Shown piece by piece: positions 1 to 8,385 of a stretch of DNA of 64,000 nt. Within the stretch, counting starts at the first letter, position 1. Each line of letters starts with the position of its first letter. Source of the DNA: a candidate division FCPU426 bacterium (lineage in GTDB: Bacteria; Oederibacteriota; Muellerivitia; Muellerivitales; Muellerivitaceae); assembly GCA_963719085.1 (NCBI GenBank), contig CAVRAL010000001.1, positions 1,344,001-1,408,000 of the forward strand, read 5' to 3'. A program made the position numbers and the translations under genes. The notes below the pieces were generated by a model. It was not told the DNA's origin, searched no databases, and was given only the letters and a program-made list of their open reading frames with translations.

Positions 1-1705
1 TCGGGTAACTGACATAGATCGAAACCGGGTCGGAGCCCGAGGTGATCACGTTTTTCGAGATATAAAAGTCCTCCGGCCCCGGAGTGTCGGTGATGGTCGG
101 CGTCAGGGTGATGGTGGGGGTGAAGGTCACGGTAGGCGTCGGAGTGATCGTGGGGGTCCAGCTAGGGGTGAAGCTCGGCGTGGGCGTCAAGGACACCGTC
201 GGGGTCGGCGTCTGGGTCGGAGTCCGGCTGAAAGTGGCGGTCAAGGTCGGTGTCTTCGTGATGGTCACTGTGAAGGTCAAAGTCTCGGTCGGGGTGTTCG
301 TGATCGTTCGGGTGGGGGTGGGGGTCAAGGTCGCGCTGGGTGTCAGGGTCAAGGTCGGTGTTTTTGTATCAGTCCTGGTGCTCGTCGGCGACGGGGTTGA
401 AGTGACCGTCGCTGTAAAGACCGGGGTCTGGGTGAGGGTCGGGGTGCGCGTGGAGGTCGCCGTCAGGGTACTGGTGATGGTTTGCGTCAAAGTGGGGGTC
501 AAAGTCCCCGTCAGGGTCTGGGTGGGGGTCGGCGTGCGGCTGGCGGTGACGGTCGGGGTCGGCGTCACGGTAAAGGTGAAAGTCCTCGTGGGTGAAAGCG
601 TGGGAGTCGCGGTTGGGGTGGCGCCGCAGGCCGCGCCGGTGCAATCCGACACCAAATTGGCGCAAAGTTTGAATTGGCCCCCGCCATAGTTGGGATTAAT
701 ATCATCCACCGTAAAGGTGATGGTATTGGCGCCGCACTGAAACAGCGCCGGTGAAATAACCGTGTTCGGGCCGCTCGCGCAGACCGCGTTCCCGATATTA
801 CTGCATTGGACCGCCGCCGCCCCGTTGACCGAAACCGCCATTTGGTCGTCCATGCCATAACATAAGTTGAAAGTCGAGGCCGCGATGTCCACGCCCGGCG
901 GGATCATCAAAGTCCGGGTATCCGTGAAAACGCTTCCCCCGACCCCGCCATCGTAACCGCCCGCCGTCAGAGCGAACCAAGTGGTGCCACAGGAATCGTT
1001 GAATCGACCTGGAACCGAAGCCGTCAGAAAAAGACCCGGGGTATCCCCCCCATCCCCGCTGCTCAGGCAGGTCGTGACCGTGGCGGGAACACAAGCCGGC
1101 GGAGGCGTCGGCGTGAGCGTCGGAGTCGGGGTAACCCCGCCGCCGCAAACCGCGCCGGTACAATCCGACACCAAATTGGCGCAAAACCTAAACTCACCGC
1201 CATAGGAAGCCGGCGCCGTATCATGCACCGTGAAGGCGATCGTATTGGTCCCACATTGGAACAAACTGGGCGACAGGATGGTATTGGGTCCGGTCCCGCA
1301 AATGCCGCCGCCGGAGTTAGTGCATTGAACCGCCGCCGCCCCATTCACCGTCACCGCCATTTGGTCGTCCATGCCGTAGCACAAATTGAAGGTCGAGGCC
1401 GCGATGTCCACGCCCGGCGAGATAAAAAGGAACCGGGTATCCGTAAAACTCTTGCCGGCTACGCCACCGTCCGTCGTGTCGATGCTGGCGGACACCCAAG
1501 TGGCCGAGCAGGAATCCACCCACCCATGGTCGGAAGGAACGGGAAAGGTGTAGAGGCCGGGCGTGTCCCCCCCGTCCCCGCTGGAAAAACAAGCCGTGGC
1601 CGTCGTCGGGGCGCATTGGGCGAAGGCGTTTTCCGCCGTGCCCCAAACCACGGTTAACAATGCGGCCCAAAATAAATTCATTCGTTTTTTTCGTCCCAAA
1701 CCCAT
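1..1705 (-). CDS. Secreted protein, 3'-truncated by the window: signal peptide, two 10-Cys modules, ~180-aa Thr/Pro stalk, start of a C-terminal domain
   Basis: Manually translated open frame from ATG at 1705 (alternative ATG 1681) with no stop to position 1: MGLGRKKRMNLFWAALLTVVWGTAENAFA-QCAPTT...; ends ...TDTPGPEDFYISKNVITSGSDPVSIYVSYP. Not in the ORF track because the stop is outside the window. Confidence 0.9.
   Translation of the reverse strand, partial: MGLGRKKRMNLFWAALLTVVWGTAENAFAQCAPTTATACFSSGDGGDTPGLYTFPVPSDHGWVDSCSATWVSASIDTTDGGVAGKSFTDTRFLFISPGVDIAASTFNLCYGMDDQMAVTVNGAAAVQCTNSGGGICGTGPNTILSPSLFQCGTNTIAFTVHDTAPASYGGEFRFCANLVSDCTGAVCGGGVTPTPTLTPTPPPACVPATVTTCLSSGDGGDTPGLFLTASVPGRFNDSCGTTWFALTAGGYDGGVGGSVFTDTRTLMIPPGVDIAASTFNLCYGMDDQMAVSVNGAAAVQCSNIGNAVCASGPNTVISPALFQCGANTITFTVDDINPNYGGGQFKLCANLVSDCTGAACGATPTATPTLSPTRTFTFTVTPTPTVTASRTPTPTQTLTGTLTPTLTQTITSTLTATSTRTPTLTQTPVFTATVTSTPSPTSTRTDTKTPTLTLTPSATLTPTPTRTITNTPTETLTFTVTITKTPTLTATFSRTPTQTPTPTVSLTPTPSFTPSWTPTITPTPTVTFTPTITLTPTITDTPGPEDFYISKNVITSGSDPVSIYVSYP
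626..1093 (-). repeat. Cys-rich module copy B (divergent loops)
   Basis: CVPATVTTCLSSGDGGDTPGL...NLCYGMDDQMAVSVNG...LCANLVSDCTGAAC; 10 Cys in register with copies A and C. Confidence 0.9.
1145..1615 (-). repeat. Cys-rich module copy A
   Basis: CAPTTATACFSSGDGGDTPGLYTF...NLCYGMDDQMAVTVNG...FCANLVSDCTGAVC; DNA highly similar to 2194-2664. Confidence 0.9.
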
Positions 1706-1764
1706 ACCTCGAAAAGCAAATAAGCGGCGGTTAACAAAAATCAAAACGGCCCAAACGCGGACCC

Positions 1765-4700
1765 TCAAGGGATAACTAGAAGTTTCCCCCGAGCGAGCGC
1801 CTTTTGGCCGCCGACGACCACGTAATAATAGATTCCCGGCGAAACAAGAACCCCGCCGTGGTTTTTTCCATTCCACTCGGTGGGATCCCCCGCCGGGCTG
1901 AGGGTGTTTACCCATTCCCCGGAAACCGTATAGACCGAAAATTGGGCGTTGTACTCGGGCAAACAACTGATTTTGAGCGATTGGCCCTGGGCGAATTGCG
2001 GGCTAAAGGGAACGGGCCAAACATGGATCTGGCAAGGCGGCGTGGCGGTGGGGCTGGGCGTGGGGCTTAAAGTAAGCGTGGGAGAGGGTGTCACCGTCAA
2101 AGTGGGGGTAATGGTCGGCGTCAAACTGGGAGTGGGGGTGAAGGTCGGACTGGGAGTCATTGTTAAGGAAGGCGTAGGGGTAACCCCGCCGCCACAAACC
2201 GCGCCGGTGCAACCCGACACCAAATTGGCGCAAAACCTAAACTCACCGCCATAGGAAGCCGGCGCCGTATCGTGCACCGTGAAGGCGATCGTATTGGTCC
2301 CACATTGGAACAAGCTGGGCGACAGGATAGTGTTGGGCCCGGTCCCGCAAATACCGCCTCCGGAGTTAGTGCATTGAACCGCCGCCGCCCCATTGACCGT
2401 CACCGCCATTTGGTCATCCATGCCGTAGCACAAATTGAAGGTCGAGGCCGCGATATCCACGCCCGCCGGGATGAACAGCGTCCGGGTATCCGTGAAGCTC
2501 TTCCCGGCCACGCCCCCGTCCGTCGTATCGATGCTGGCGGACACCCAGGTGGCCGAGCAGGAATCCACCCACCCATGGAGGGCGGGATTGGAAAAAGTAT
2601 AAAGACCCGGCGTATCCCCCCCATCCCCGCTGGTTAGGCAAGTCGTGACCGTGGTCGGCACGCAGGCGGGAGTGGGAGTCGGCGTGGCTGTCGCGGTGAG
2701 GGCGGCGCAAGTATAGGCCTGAAAATTGGCGGCGCGCACCACGTTCGGCTGGTAAACATTAAAGGTTCGAATGCCTACCCCTCCCGAGGCATAAGGAGCC
2801 AAGTTTGTTCCGGGATCGCTGATATTGCTGAATATCTGCTGGTCCCCGCTTCCAAAATTCACGTAGGCGTTGAACAGGCTCCCGGTCACCACCACTTTTA
2901 AATGCACCCAAGTCCCCGGCACATAAGCGGGAGTGTAAACAAATGAGCCTAAATAACTGTAACCAAATCCGCCGGTCGCGGTTTGCTTTTCAATCTCCCA
3001 ATTGGTGGAGTTCCATTGAAAGATATAGGCTTGACCAACGGCTGTTTGCCGAAACACCAGTCCGAACAAGCCTCCGGCCTGATCCATTTCAAAATCTCCT
3101 TCCACCGTATAATCGCTGTTGGTCTGGCTGAAGAGGGCGTTGTTGACGGATAAATAACCGCCGTTGGCGTCGCTGGATCCGGCGGGCGGGTTCTCCACCA
3201 GCTCAGGGGCGCCGCCCGTCACCGTGAATCCCATGGCGGCGGCGGAAGAGGGGTCCCAATGCTCATCCGTGAAAGTGTAATTCGAAAGACTGCCGCTATT
3301 CGCGAAACCATCCGAGAAGGATTGGCCCGGCCCGCAATTCACGGTTGAAACGGGCGTTGGCACACTGTTCGGAAAGGATAACTTCGCCGCCCAGGCGGTG
3401 TGGGTGCCGGGAGCGCTGGTTTGATAAGCTCCGGAGGTCGTCGGAAAGTTGGAGGAATAGGTATCACCGGCCAAGTAAACATTCCCCGACGTGTCCAAGG
3501 CCAAACCATAACCGCCATCGGCGCTACTGCCGCCAAAATAAGTCGAGTAAAGCAATCCACTCCCCGCCGGGTTGAACTCGGACACGAACGCGTGGGTAGA
3601 ACCGATCCCCGGATCCGCCGGCTGATAGGCCCCGGCGGTCGTGGGAAAGTTGGACGAACTCGTGTATCCCGTCACATAGGCGTCCCCCGCCGAATCTACC
3701 TGGATTCCAAAAGCCAGATCATCGTTATTCCCGCCCAAATAAGTGGAATAGACCAAACCCCCGGTTGAATTCAGTTTTGTGAGAAAAGCGTTGCCGTTAC
3801 CGGCCAAGGCGGTTTGATAAGCCCCGGCCGTCGTGGGAAAATTCGTCGAAGAGGTAGAACCCACTACATAAAGGTTCCCGCCCGCGTCGACGGCGACCTT
3901 ATAACCGACCTCACTGGAAATTCCACCCAGATAGGTGGAATAGACCAGGGCCGATCCCGTTGAATTCAGCTTCACCACAAAAGCGTCCTGGAGGCCGATC
4001 AAGCCGGATTGTAAGGCCCCCCCGGTGGTTGGAAAATCACTTGAGGTCGTATAACCCGTCACATAGGCGTTTCCCGACGCGTCCACGGCGATTCCATAGC
4101 CCCAATCGTTTCCGCTTCCACCCAGATAGGTCGAATAAACCAACGCGCTTCCGGCCGGATTCAACTCCGCGACAAAGGCGTCTCCCGTGCCGCTGGAGCT
4201 TGTTTGAAAAGCTCCCGCGGTGGTGGGAAACGTCCCGAGCGCGGCCTGGCCTGTCACAAAAGCGTCGCCGGCGGAGTCCACATCAATTCCGTAACCGCCC
4301 GTCGTGAGGCTTCCGCCCAAATAAGTCGAATAAATAAACGCGGTCCCGCCGGGGTTCAGCTTGACCACAAAGGCCGACGAGGAACCCAATCGAGTCGTTT
4401 GGAAAGCCCCCGCGGTGTAGGGAAAATTGATCGAAAAAGTGTACCCTGTCACATAGGCGTCCCCCGCCGAATCCACCTTAATATTCTGCCCCTCATCCGC
4501 GCTGGTTCCCCCAAAAAAAGTCGAATAAACCAACGCGCTCCCCGCGGGATTGAACTTCGAAACGAAGACATCGGTGTTCCCGCCCAAAAGAGTTTGCACG
4601 GCGCCGGCGGTTGTCGGAAAATTAGTCGAGGCGGTCCAACCCGTCACATAGGCGCTCCCGGCGCCGTCGACCGCGATCGAGTAGGCGAAATCCCCGCCGC

Positions 4701-5538
4701 TGCCTCCCAGGTAGGTGGAATAAACCAAGGTGGGATCAATGACCAAGGGAGCGCTTTTGTCGTAGGCCCCCAACGAAAACCCAATCTCATCCCGGCCTAT
4801 CCCAACAAACTTCCCCGCGACGAAAACCTTCCTTGTCCCCCCGCCTTGGTAAACCACCGGTTTTTGAAAAACCAGCGGGCCCGCTTTCGTCTCCAAAGCG
4901 AGGTTTCCTTGGGGGTCGATCCGGACTTTTCGGGCGCCCTGAAACTTGAGCCGAATCTCTTTCGGGTCGGCTCCCGGCTTCAGTTGGAAATCATATTCCA
5001 GGCGCCCCTGGTTCCCGTAATACACCATGTCGATACCGGGATACACTTCCCGGGCGCTGACCCGCCCGAAGTTCCCCACCCCCCGGCGCCAGTTTTCGGG
5101 ATCATTGCCGATTAAATAATTGGATTTACTTTTTAACGGGTCCAAACCCTCCAACGAGCACAAACGATTGCCGCCCATCAGCCTCATCCGAACCACCTGG
5201 CTGACGCTGTTCCCAGGTTTGGAAGAGGCTCCGTGAACAGCCAGTACGGCCTCCGCCGGGGTTAGGAAAAGCGAATAGCCGCTCCCGCGGGACAGAAACC
5301 GGACTTGGGAGTCGGTTTGACCCTGATTCTTCTCAAATCGCAGGGGCAAATTGCCATAGACCTTTTGGAGTTTCTTTTCGGAGGCCGGATCAAGCGCCGG
5401 GGCGGACGCCGTTAAATGGGTCCAGGCGTTGGAAACCACAACGGGCTGGATAAAAAAAAGGAAAAGGGCCGGGAGCATAAGCCAGCGAAAACGATTTGAG
5501 GAACGGTTTAAAATGTAAGCCAGCCGGTCAAAAGACAT
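1765..5538 (-). CDS. Large secreted SBBP-repeat (beta-propeller) protein with a lectin-like domain, one 10-Cys module, Thr/Pro linker and FlgD-Ig/T9SS-type C-terminal domain
   Basis: LPLRFEKNQGQ...PLVIDP N-terminal region, repeated YSTYLGG...IAVDxxGxAYVTGxTxSxxFPTT units, C-terminus VWPVPFSP...VYTVSGEWV...WNGKN.GG.LVSPGIYYY; start uncertain (5538 chosen, track gives 5586). Confidence 0.9.
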   Translation of the reverse strand: MSFDRLAYILNRSSNRFRWLMLPALFLFFIQPVVVSNAWTHLTASAPALDPASEKKLQKVYGNLPLRFEKNQGQTDSQVRFLSRGSGYSLFLTPAEAVLAVHGASSKPGNSVSQVVRMRLMGGNRLCSLEGLDPLKSKSNYLIGNDPENWRRGVGNFGRVSAREVYPGIDMVYYGNQGRLEYDFQLKPGADPKEIRLKFQGARKVRIDPQGNLALETKAGPLVFQKPVVYQGGGTRKVFVAGKFVGIGRDEIGFSLGAYDKSAPLVIDPTLVYSTYLGGSGGDFAYSIAVDGAGSAYVTGWTASTNFPTTAGAVQTLLGGNTDVFVSKFNPAGSALVYSTFFGGTSADEGQNIKVDSAGDAYVTGYTFSINFPYTAGAFQTTRLGSSSAFVVKLNPGGTAFIYSTYLGGSLTTGGYGIDVDSAGDAFVTGQAALGTFPTTAGAFQTSSSGTGDAFVAELNPAGSALVYSTYLGGSGNDWGYGIAVDASGNAYVTGYTTSSDFPTTGGALQSGLIGLQDAFVVKLNSTGSALVYSTYLGGISSEVGYKVAVDAGGNLYVVGSTSSTNFPTTAGAYQTALAGNGNAFLTKLNSTGGLVYSTYLGGNNDDLAFGIQVDSAGDAYVTGYTSSSNFPTTAGAYQPADPGIGSTHAFVSEFNPAGSGLLYSTYFGGSSADGGYGLALDTSGNVYLAGDTYSSNFPTTSGAYQTSAPGTHTAWAAKLSFPNSVPTPVSTVNCGPGQSFSDGFANSGSLSNYTFTDEHWDPSSAAAMGFTVTGGAPELVENPPAGSSDANGGYLSVNNALFSQTNSDYTVEGDFEMDQAGGLFGLVFRQTAVGQAYIFQWNSTNWEIEKQTATGGFGYSYLGSFVYTPAYVPGTWVHLKVVVTGSLFNAYVNFGSGDQQIFSNISDPGTNLAPYASGGVGIRTFNVYQPNVVRAANFQAYTCAALTATATPTPTPACVPTTVTTCLTSGDGGDTPGLYTFSNPALHGWVDSCSATWVSASIDTTDGGVAGKSFTDTRTLFIPAGVDIAASTFNLCYGMDDQMAVTVNGAAAVQCTNSGGGICGTGPNTILSPSLFQCGTNTIAFTVHDTAPASYGGEFRFCANLVSGCTGAVCGGGVTPTPSLTMTPSPTFTPTPSLTPTITPTLTVTPSPTLTLSPTPSPTATPPCQIHVWPVPFSPQFAQGQSLKISCLPEYNAQFSVYTVSGEWVNTLSPAGDPTEWNGKNHGGVLVSPGIYYYVVVGGQKALARGKLLVIP
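2194..2664 (-). repeat. Cys-rich module copy C
   Basis: CVPTTVTTCLTSGDGGDTPGLYTF...FCANLVSGCTGAVC; near-identical to copy A over most of its length. Confidence 0.9.
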
Positions 5539-5621
5539 TATATATTTCCCATCAAACAGCAAATAAAACCCAAAATATAAAGCCAATAGATTAAAAACTT
5601 ATCACATTGCTTATAAGAGAG

Positions 5622-8237
5622 CTACTCCCGCACCTTCTTTTTCCAGTCGGCGATCAGGTTTAAGGCGTCCCGGGGCGTCAAATCATCCACTTCCAGGCCC
5701 TTGAGTTCTTGTAAAACCGGGTGATTGTCGCCGGAGCCGAAGAAAGACATCTGGGGCTTGTCTTCGCCCGGGGCCGGGCTGGGCGCGGGGGCTTCAGCGG
5801 TCTTGGACAAGAAAGTCCCCGACTCCAGCGTGGCCAATATCTTTTTGGCCCGGGCCACCACTTCCTTGGGCACTCCCGCCAAACGGGCGACCTGGATTCC
5901 ATAGCTCTTGTCGGTCCCGCCTTCCACGATCTTGCGAAGAAAAAGAATCTGCTCGTTCCATTCCCGCACCGCGATGTTGAAGTTTTTCACGTTGGGAAAG
6001 GTGGCCGCCAGCCGGGTGAGCTCGTGGTAATGGGTGGCGAACAGGGTGCGGGCCCGGAGTTTTTGCGCCAAAAACTCCACCACCGCCCAGGCGATCGAAA
6101 CCCCGTCAAAGGTCGAGGTTCCCCGCCCCACCTCATCCAAAATAAGAAGGCTTTTGGCCGTGGCGTGGTTGAGGATATTGGCCGTCTCCACCATCTCCAC
6201 CATGAAGGTGCTGTGTCCCTGGGTCAAGGCGTCGGAGGCGCCCACCCTTGAAAAGATACGGTCCACCACGCCCAGTTTCATTTCTTTGGCGGGCACAAAA
6301 AAGCCGACCTGCGCCATAAGCGAGAGCAGCGCCACCTGGCGGATATAGGTGCTTTTGCCCGCCATGTTGGGGCCGGTCAAGACCACGATCTCCACCCCAT
6401 CCACGCCCAGCTTGGTGTCGTTGGGCACAAACTGGTCGGAGGATAGCAATCGGTCCAAGACCGGATGCCGTCCGTCTACGATCGTCATCTCGGCGGAATC
6501 GTCCACCTCGGGCCTTGTATGCCTTCCCCGGTCGGCCACGAAAGCCATGCAGGCGAACACATCCAATTCGGCGATGACCCGGGCCATGCGCTGGAGCCGG
6601 GAAAGTTCTTTTCCCACCTGGAGCCTAACCTCGTCAAACAACTCGTATTCCATCCGGTCGGCTTTTTCCTGTGCGCCTAAAACCTTGCCTTCCATTTCTT
6701 TGAGTTCGGGGGTGATGAATCGCTCAGCGTTCACCAGGGTCTGTTTGCGGTGATAATCCGCCGGGACCTTGTCCAGGTTCGCTTTGGACACCTCGATGTA
6801 ATAACCAAAAACCGAGGTATACCGCACCTTAAGTGAGGCGATACCCGTGCGGGCCTTTTCGCGCTCTTCCAATTGGGCGATCCAGGACTTGCCTTCCAAC
6901 GACCCTTTTTTCAGCTCATCCAATTCGGCGCTATAGGCCGCTTTAATGAGTCCGCCTTCTTTCAAAGCCAGGGGCGGTTCATCGGCGATGGATTTTTCCA
7001 ACAGTTTGTGGACTTCCTTGAGATTGTCCCAGCCCTCGACCTTGTCCCTCACCCATTGGGCTTTGAACCCTGAGAGCCTTTGATGCAATTTAGGAAGAAG
7101 GCCTAAGGTGTTTTTGAGCGCCACCAAGTCCCGGGCGTTGGCCGTGCCGCAGCCGATACGGCCCGCGAGCCTCTCCAGGTCGGAAATTTCCCGGAAATGG
7201 TCCCGGAGCGTTTCCCTTTCATCCGTGCGGGCTAAAAATTCTTCCACCGCGTCCTGCCGGTGCTTGATGTTGGAAACGGAAGTCAGCGGCGTCACCAGCC
7301 ATTGGCGCAGCAGGCGGCCGCCCATGGAGGTCACCGTCTCATCCAAAACCGAAAGCAAGGTGCCTTCCTTGCCGCCGTCCATGCCCTTGAGGATTTCTAA
7401 ATTTCGCTGGGTGGTGGCGTCCAGCACCATGCCTTCGCCGACCTGGTATGTGGAAAAGCTGGCCAAGTGCGAAAGCACGCTATGGGTGGTTTCTTTGAGA
7501 TATTGCAGTAAAGCGCCCGCGGCCCGGATGGCTTGGGGATGGCCCGAGAGGCCGAAGCCGTCCAGGGTCTTGACCTGAAAATGGTCCCGAAGCGCGCCCT
7601 CCCCTTCCTCAACGGAAAACTTCCAATCTTCCAGGTGCGATTTTTTCGCGCCATTGAGCGAATGGATCAGCTTGCCCCAATCCTCGGCCTCCGGCTGGTT
7701 TTGGGCGATCAGGATCTCGGCGGGATTAAATTTGGAGATCTCATTGGCGGCCACGGAAAATCGCTCGGGCCCGGTCAATTCGCAGGCTTTGAATTCCCCG
7801 GTCGTCACATCCACCACGCCCAGCCCCAAGGCCTGGGGCGAATAGGCCAAGGCCGCCAAATAGTTGTTCGACTTCTCATCGAGCATGGCGGTGGACAAAA
7901 CCGTGCCGGGAGTGATGACCCGGGTAATTTCCCGCTTCACCAACCCCTTCCCAAGCCCCGCTTCCTCCGTCTGCTCGCAAATGGCGATGGAATGGCCGCC
8001 CTTCACCAGGCGGGAAATATAATTGTCCGCCGCGTGATAGGGGATGCCCGCCATGGGCACCTTTTGGCCTTGGCCGCCCTGGCGGGCGGTGAGGGTGAGG
8101 TTCAAGACCCGGGCCGCCGTCTTGGCGTCGTCGAAAAACATCTCATAAAAATCACCCAGCCGGAAGAAAAGGATCTCGTCCTTGTGGGCGCGTTTGATTT
8201 CCAGGTACTGCCGCATCATGGGGGTTAAATCATCCAT
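5622..8237 (-). CDS. mutS: DNA mismatch repair protein MutS
   Basis: TPMMRQY...FFRLGDFYEMF, Walker A TGPNMAGKST, STFMVEM, DEVGRGTS, SYGIQVA; start moved to MDDLTPMM. Confidence 0.98.
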   Translation of the reverse strand: MDDLTPMMRQYLEIKRAHKDEILFFRLGDFYEMFFDDAKTAARVLNLTLTARQGGQGQKVPMAGIPYHAADNYISRLVKGGHSIAICEQTEEAGLGKGLVKREITRVITPGTVLSTAMLDEKSNNYLAALAYSPQALGLGVVDVTTGEFKACELTGPERFSVAANEISKFNPAEILIAQNQPEAEDWGKLIHSLNGAKKSHLEDWKFSVEEGEGALRDHFQVKTLDGFGLSGHPQAIRAAGALLQYLKETTHSVLSHLASFSTYQVGEGMVLDATTQRNLEILKGMDGGKEGTLLSVLDETVTSMGGRLLRQWLVTPLTSVSNIKHRQDAVEEFLARTDERETLRDHFREISDLERLAGRIGCGTANARDLVALKNTLGLLPKLHQRLSGFKAQWVRDKVEGWDNLKEVHKLLEKSIADEPPLALKEGGLIKAAYSAELDELKKGSLEGKSWIAQLEEREKARTGIASLKVRYTSVFGYYIEVSKANLDKVPADYHRKQTLVNAERFITPELKEMEGKVLGAQEKADRMEYELFDEVRLQVGKELSRLQRMARVIAELDVFACMAFVADRGRHTRPEVDDSAEMTIVDGRHPVLDRLLSSDQFVPNDTKLGVDGVEIVVLTGPNMAGKSTYIRQVALLSLMAQVGFFVPAKEMKLGVVDRIFSRVGASDALTQGHSTFMVEMVETANILNHATAKSLLILDEVGRGTSTFDGVSIAWAVVEFLAQKLRARTLFATHYHELTRLAATFPNVKNFNIAVREWNEQILFLRKIVEGGTDKSYGIQVARLAGVPKEVVARAKKILATLESGTFLSKTAEAPAPSPAPGEDKPQMSFFGSGDNHPVLQELKGLEVDDLTPRDALNLIADWKKKVRE

Positions 8238-8274
8238 TAAAAACCTTCCGAAAAAGATAAAACAAACACCTTTT

Positions 8275-8368
8275 ACCGCCAAGACGCCAAAGTAGTTTAA
8301 AACCAAAATCCTTGTTCTATTTTCAAAATCAAAACTTGCTTAACTTTGTGTCTTAGCGTCTTTGCGGT
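8275..8368. repeat. Palindromic intergenic element, family 1 (ACCGCCAAGACGCCAAAG ... TCTTAGCGTCTTTGCGGT)
   Basis: Imperfect terminal inverted repeats around an AT-rich spacer; related copies at 9668 and 20357. Confidence 0.7.
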
Positions 8369-8385
8369 GGACTAGGTTGGCTGTG

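Noticed and set aside
84..689. Val/Gly-rich 201-aa plus-strand ORF (and similar ones at 981, 1949, 20697)
   Set aside because: Antisense shadow of Thr/Pro codons in the real minus-strand genes
626..2664. Diversity-generating retroelement TR/VR pair
   Set aside because: Differences between copies are not confined to adenines, all copies are coding, and no reverse transcriptase is present
3330..4730. Recurring DNA motifs (GTCACATAGGCGT..., GGTGGAATA...) as a repeat array
   Set aside because: They are codons of the known SBBP protein repeats
4204..5115. 303-aa plus-strand ORF; likewise 9956, 11271, 13402, 17649, 42880, 45700 and minus-strand 40758
   Set aside because: Fully antisense to well-supported genes, no recognisable motifs; expected shadows in GC-rich DNA
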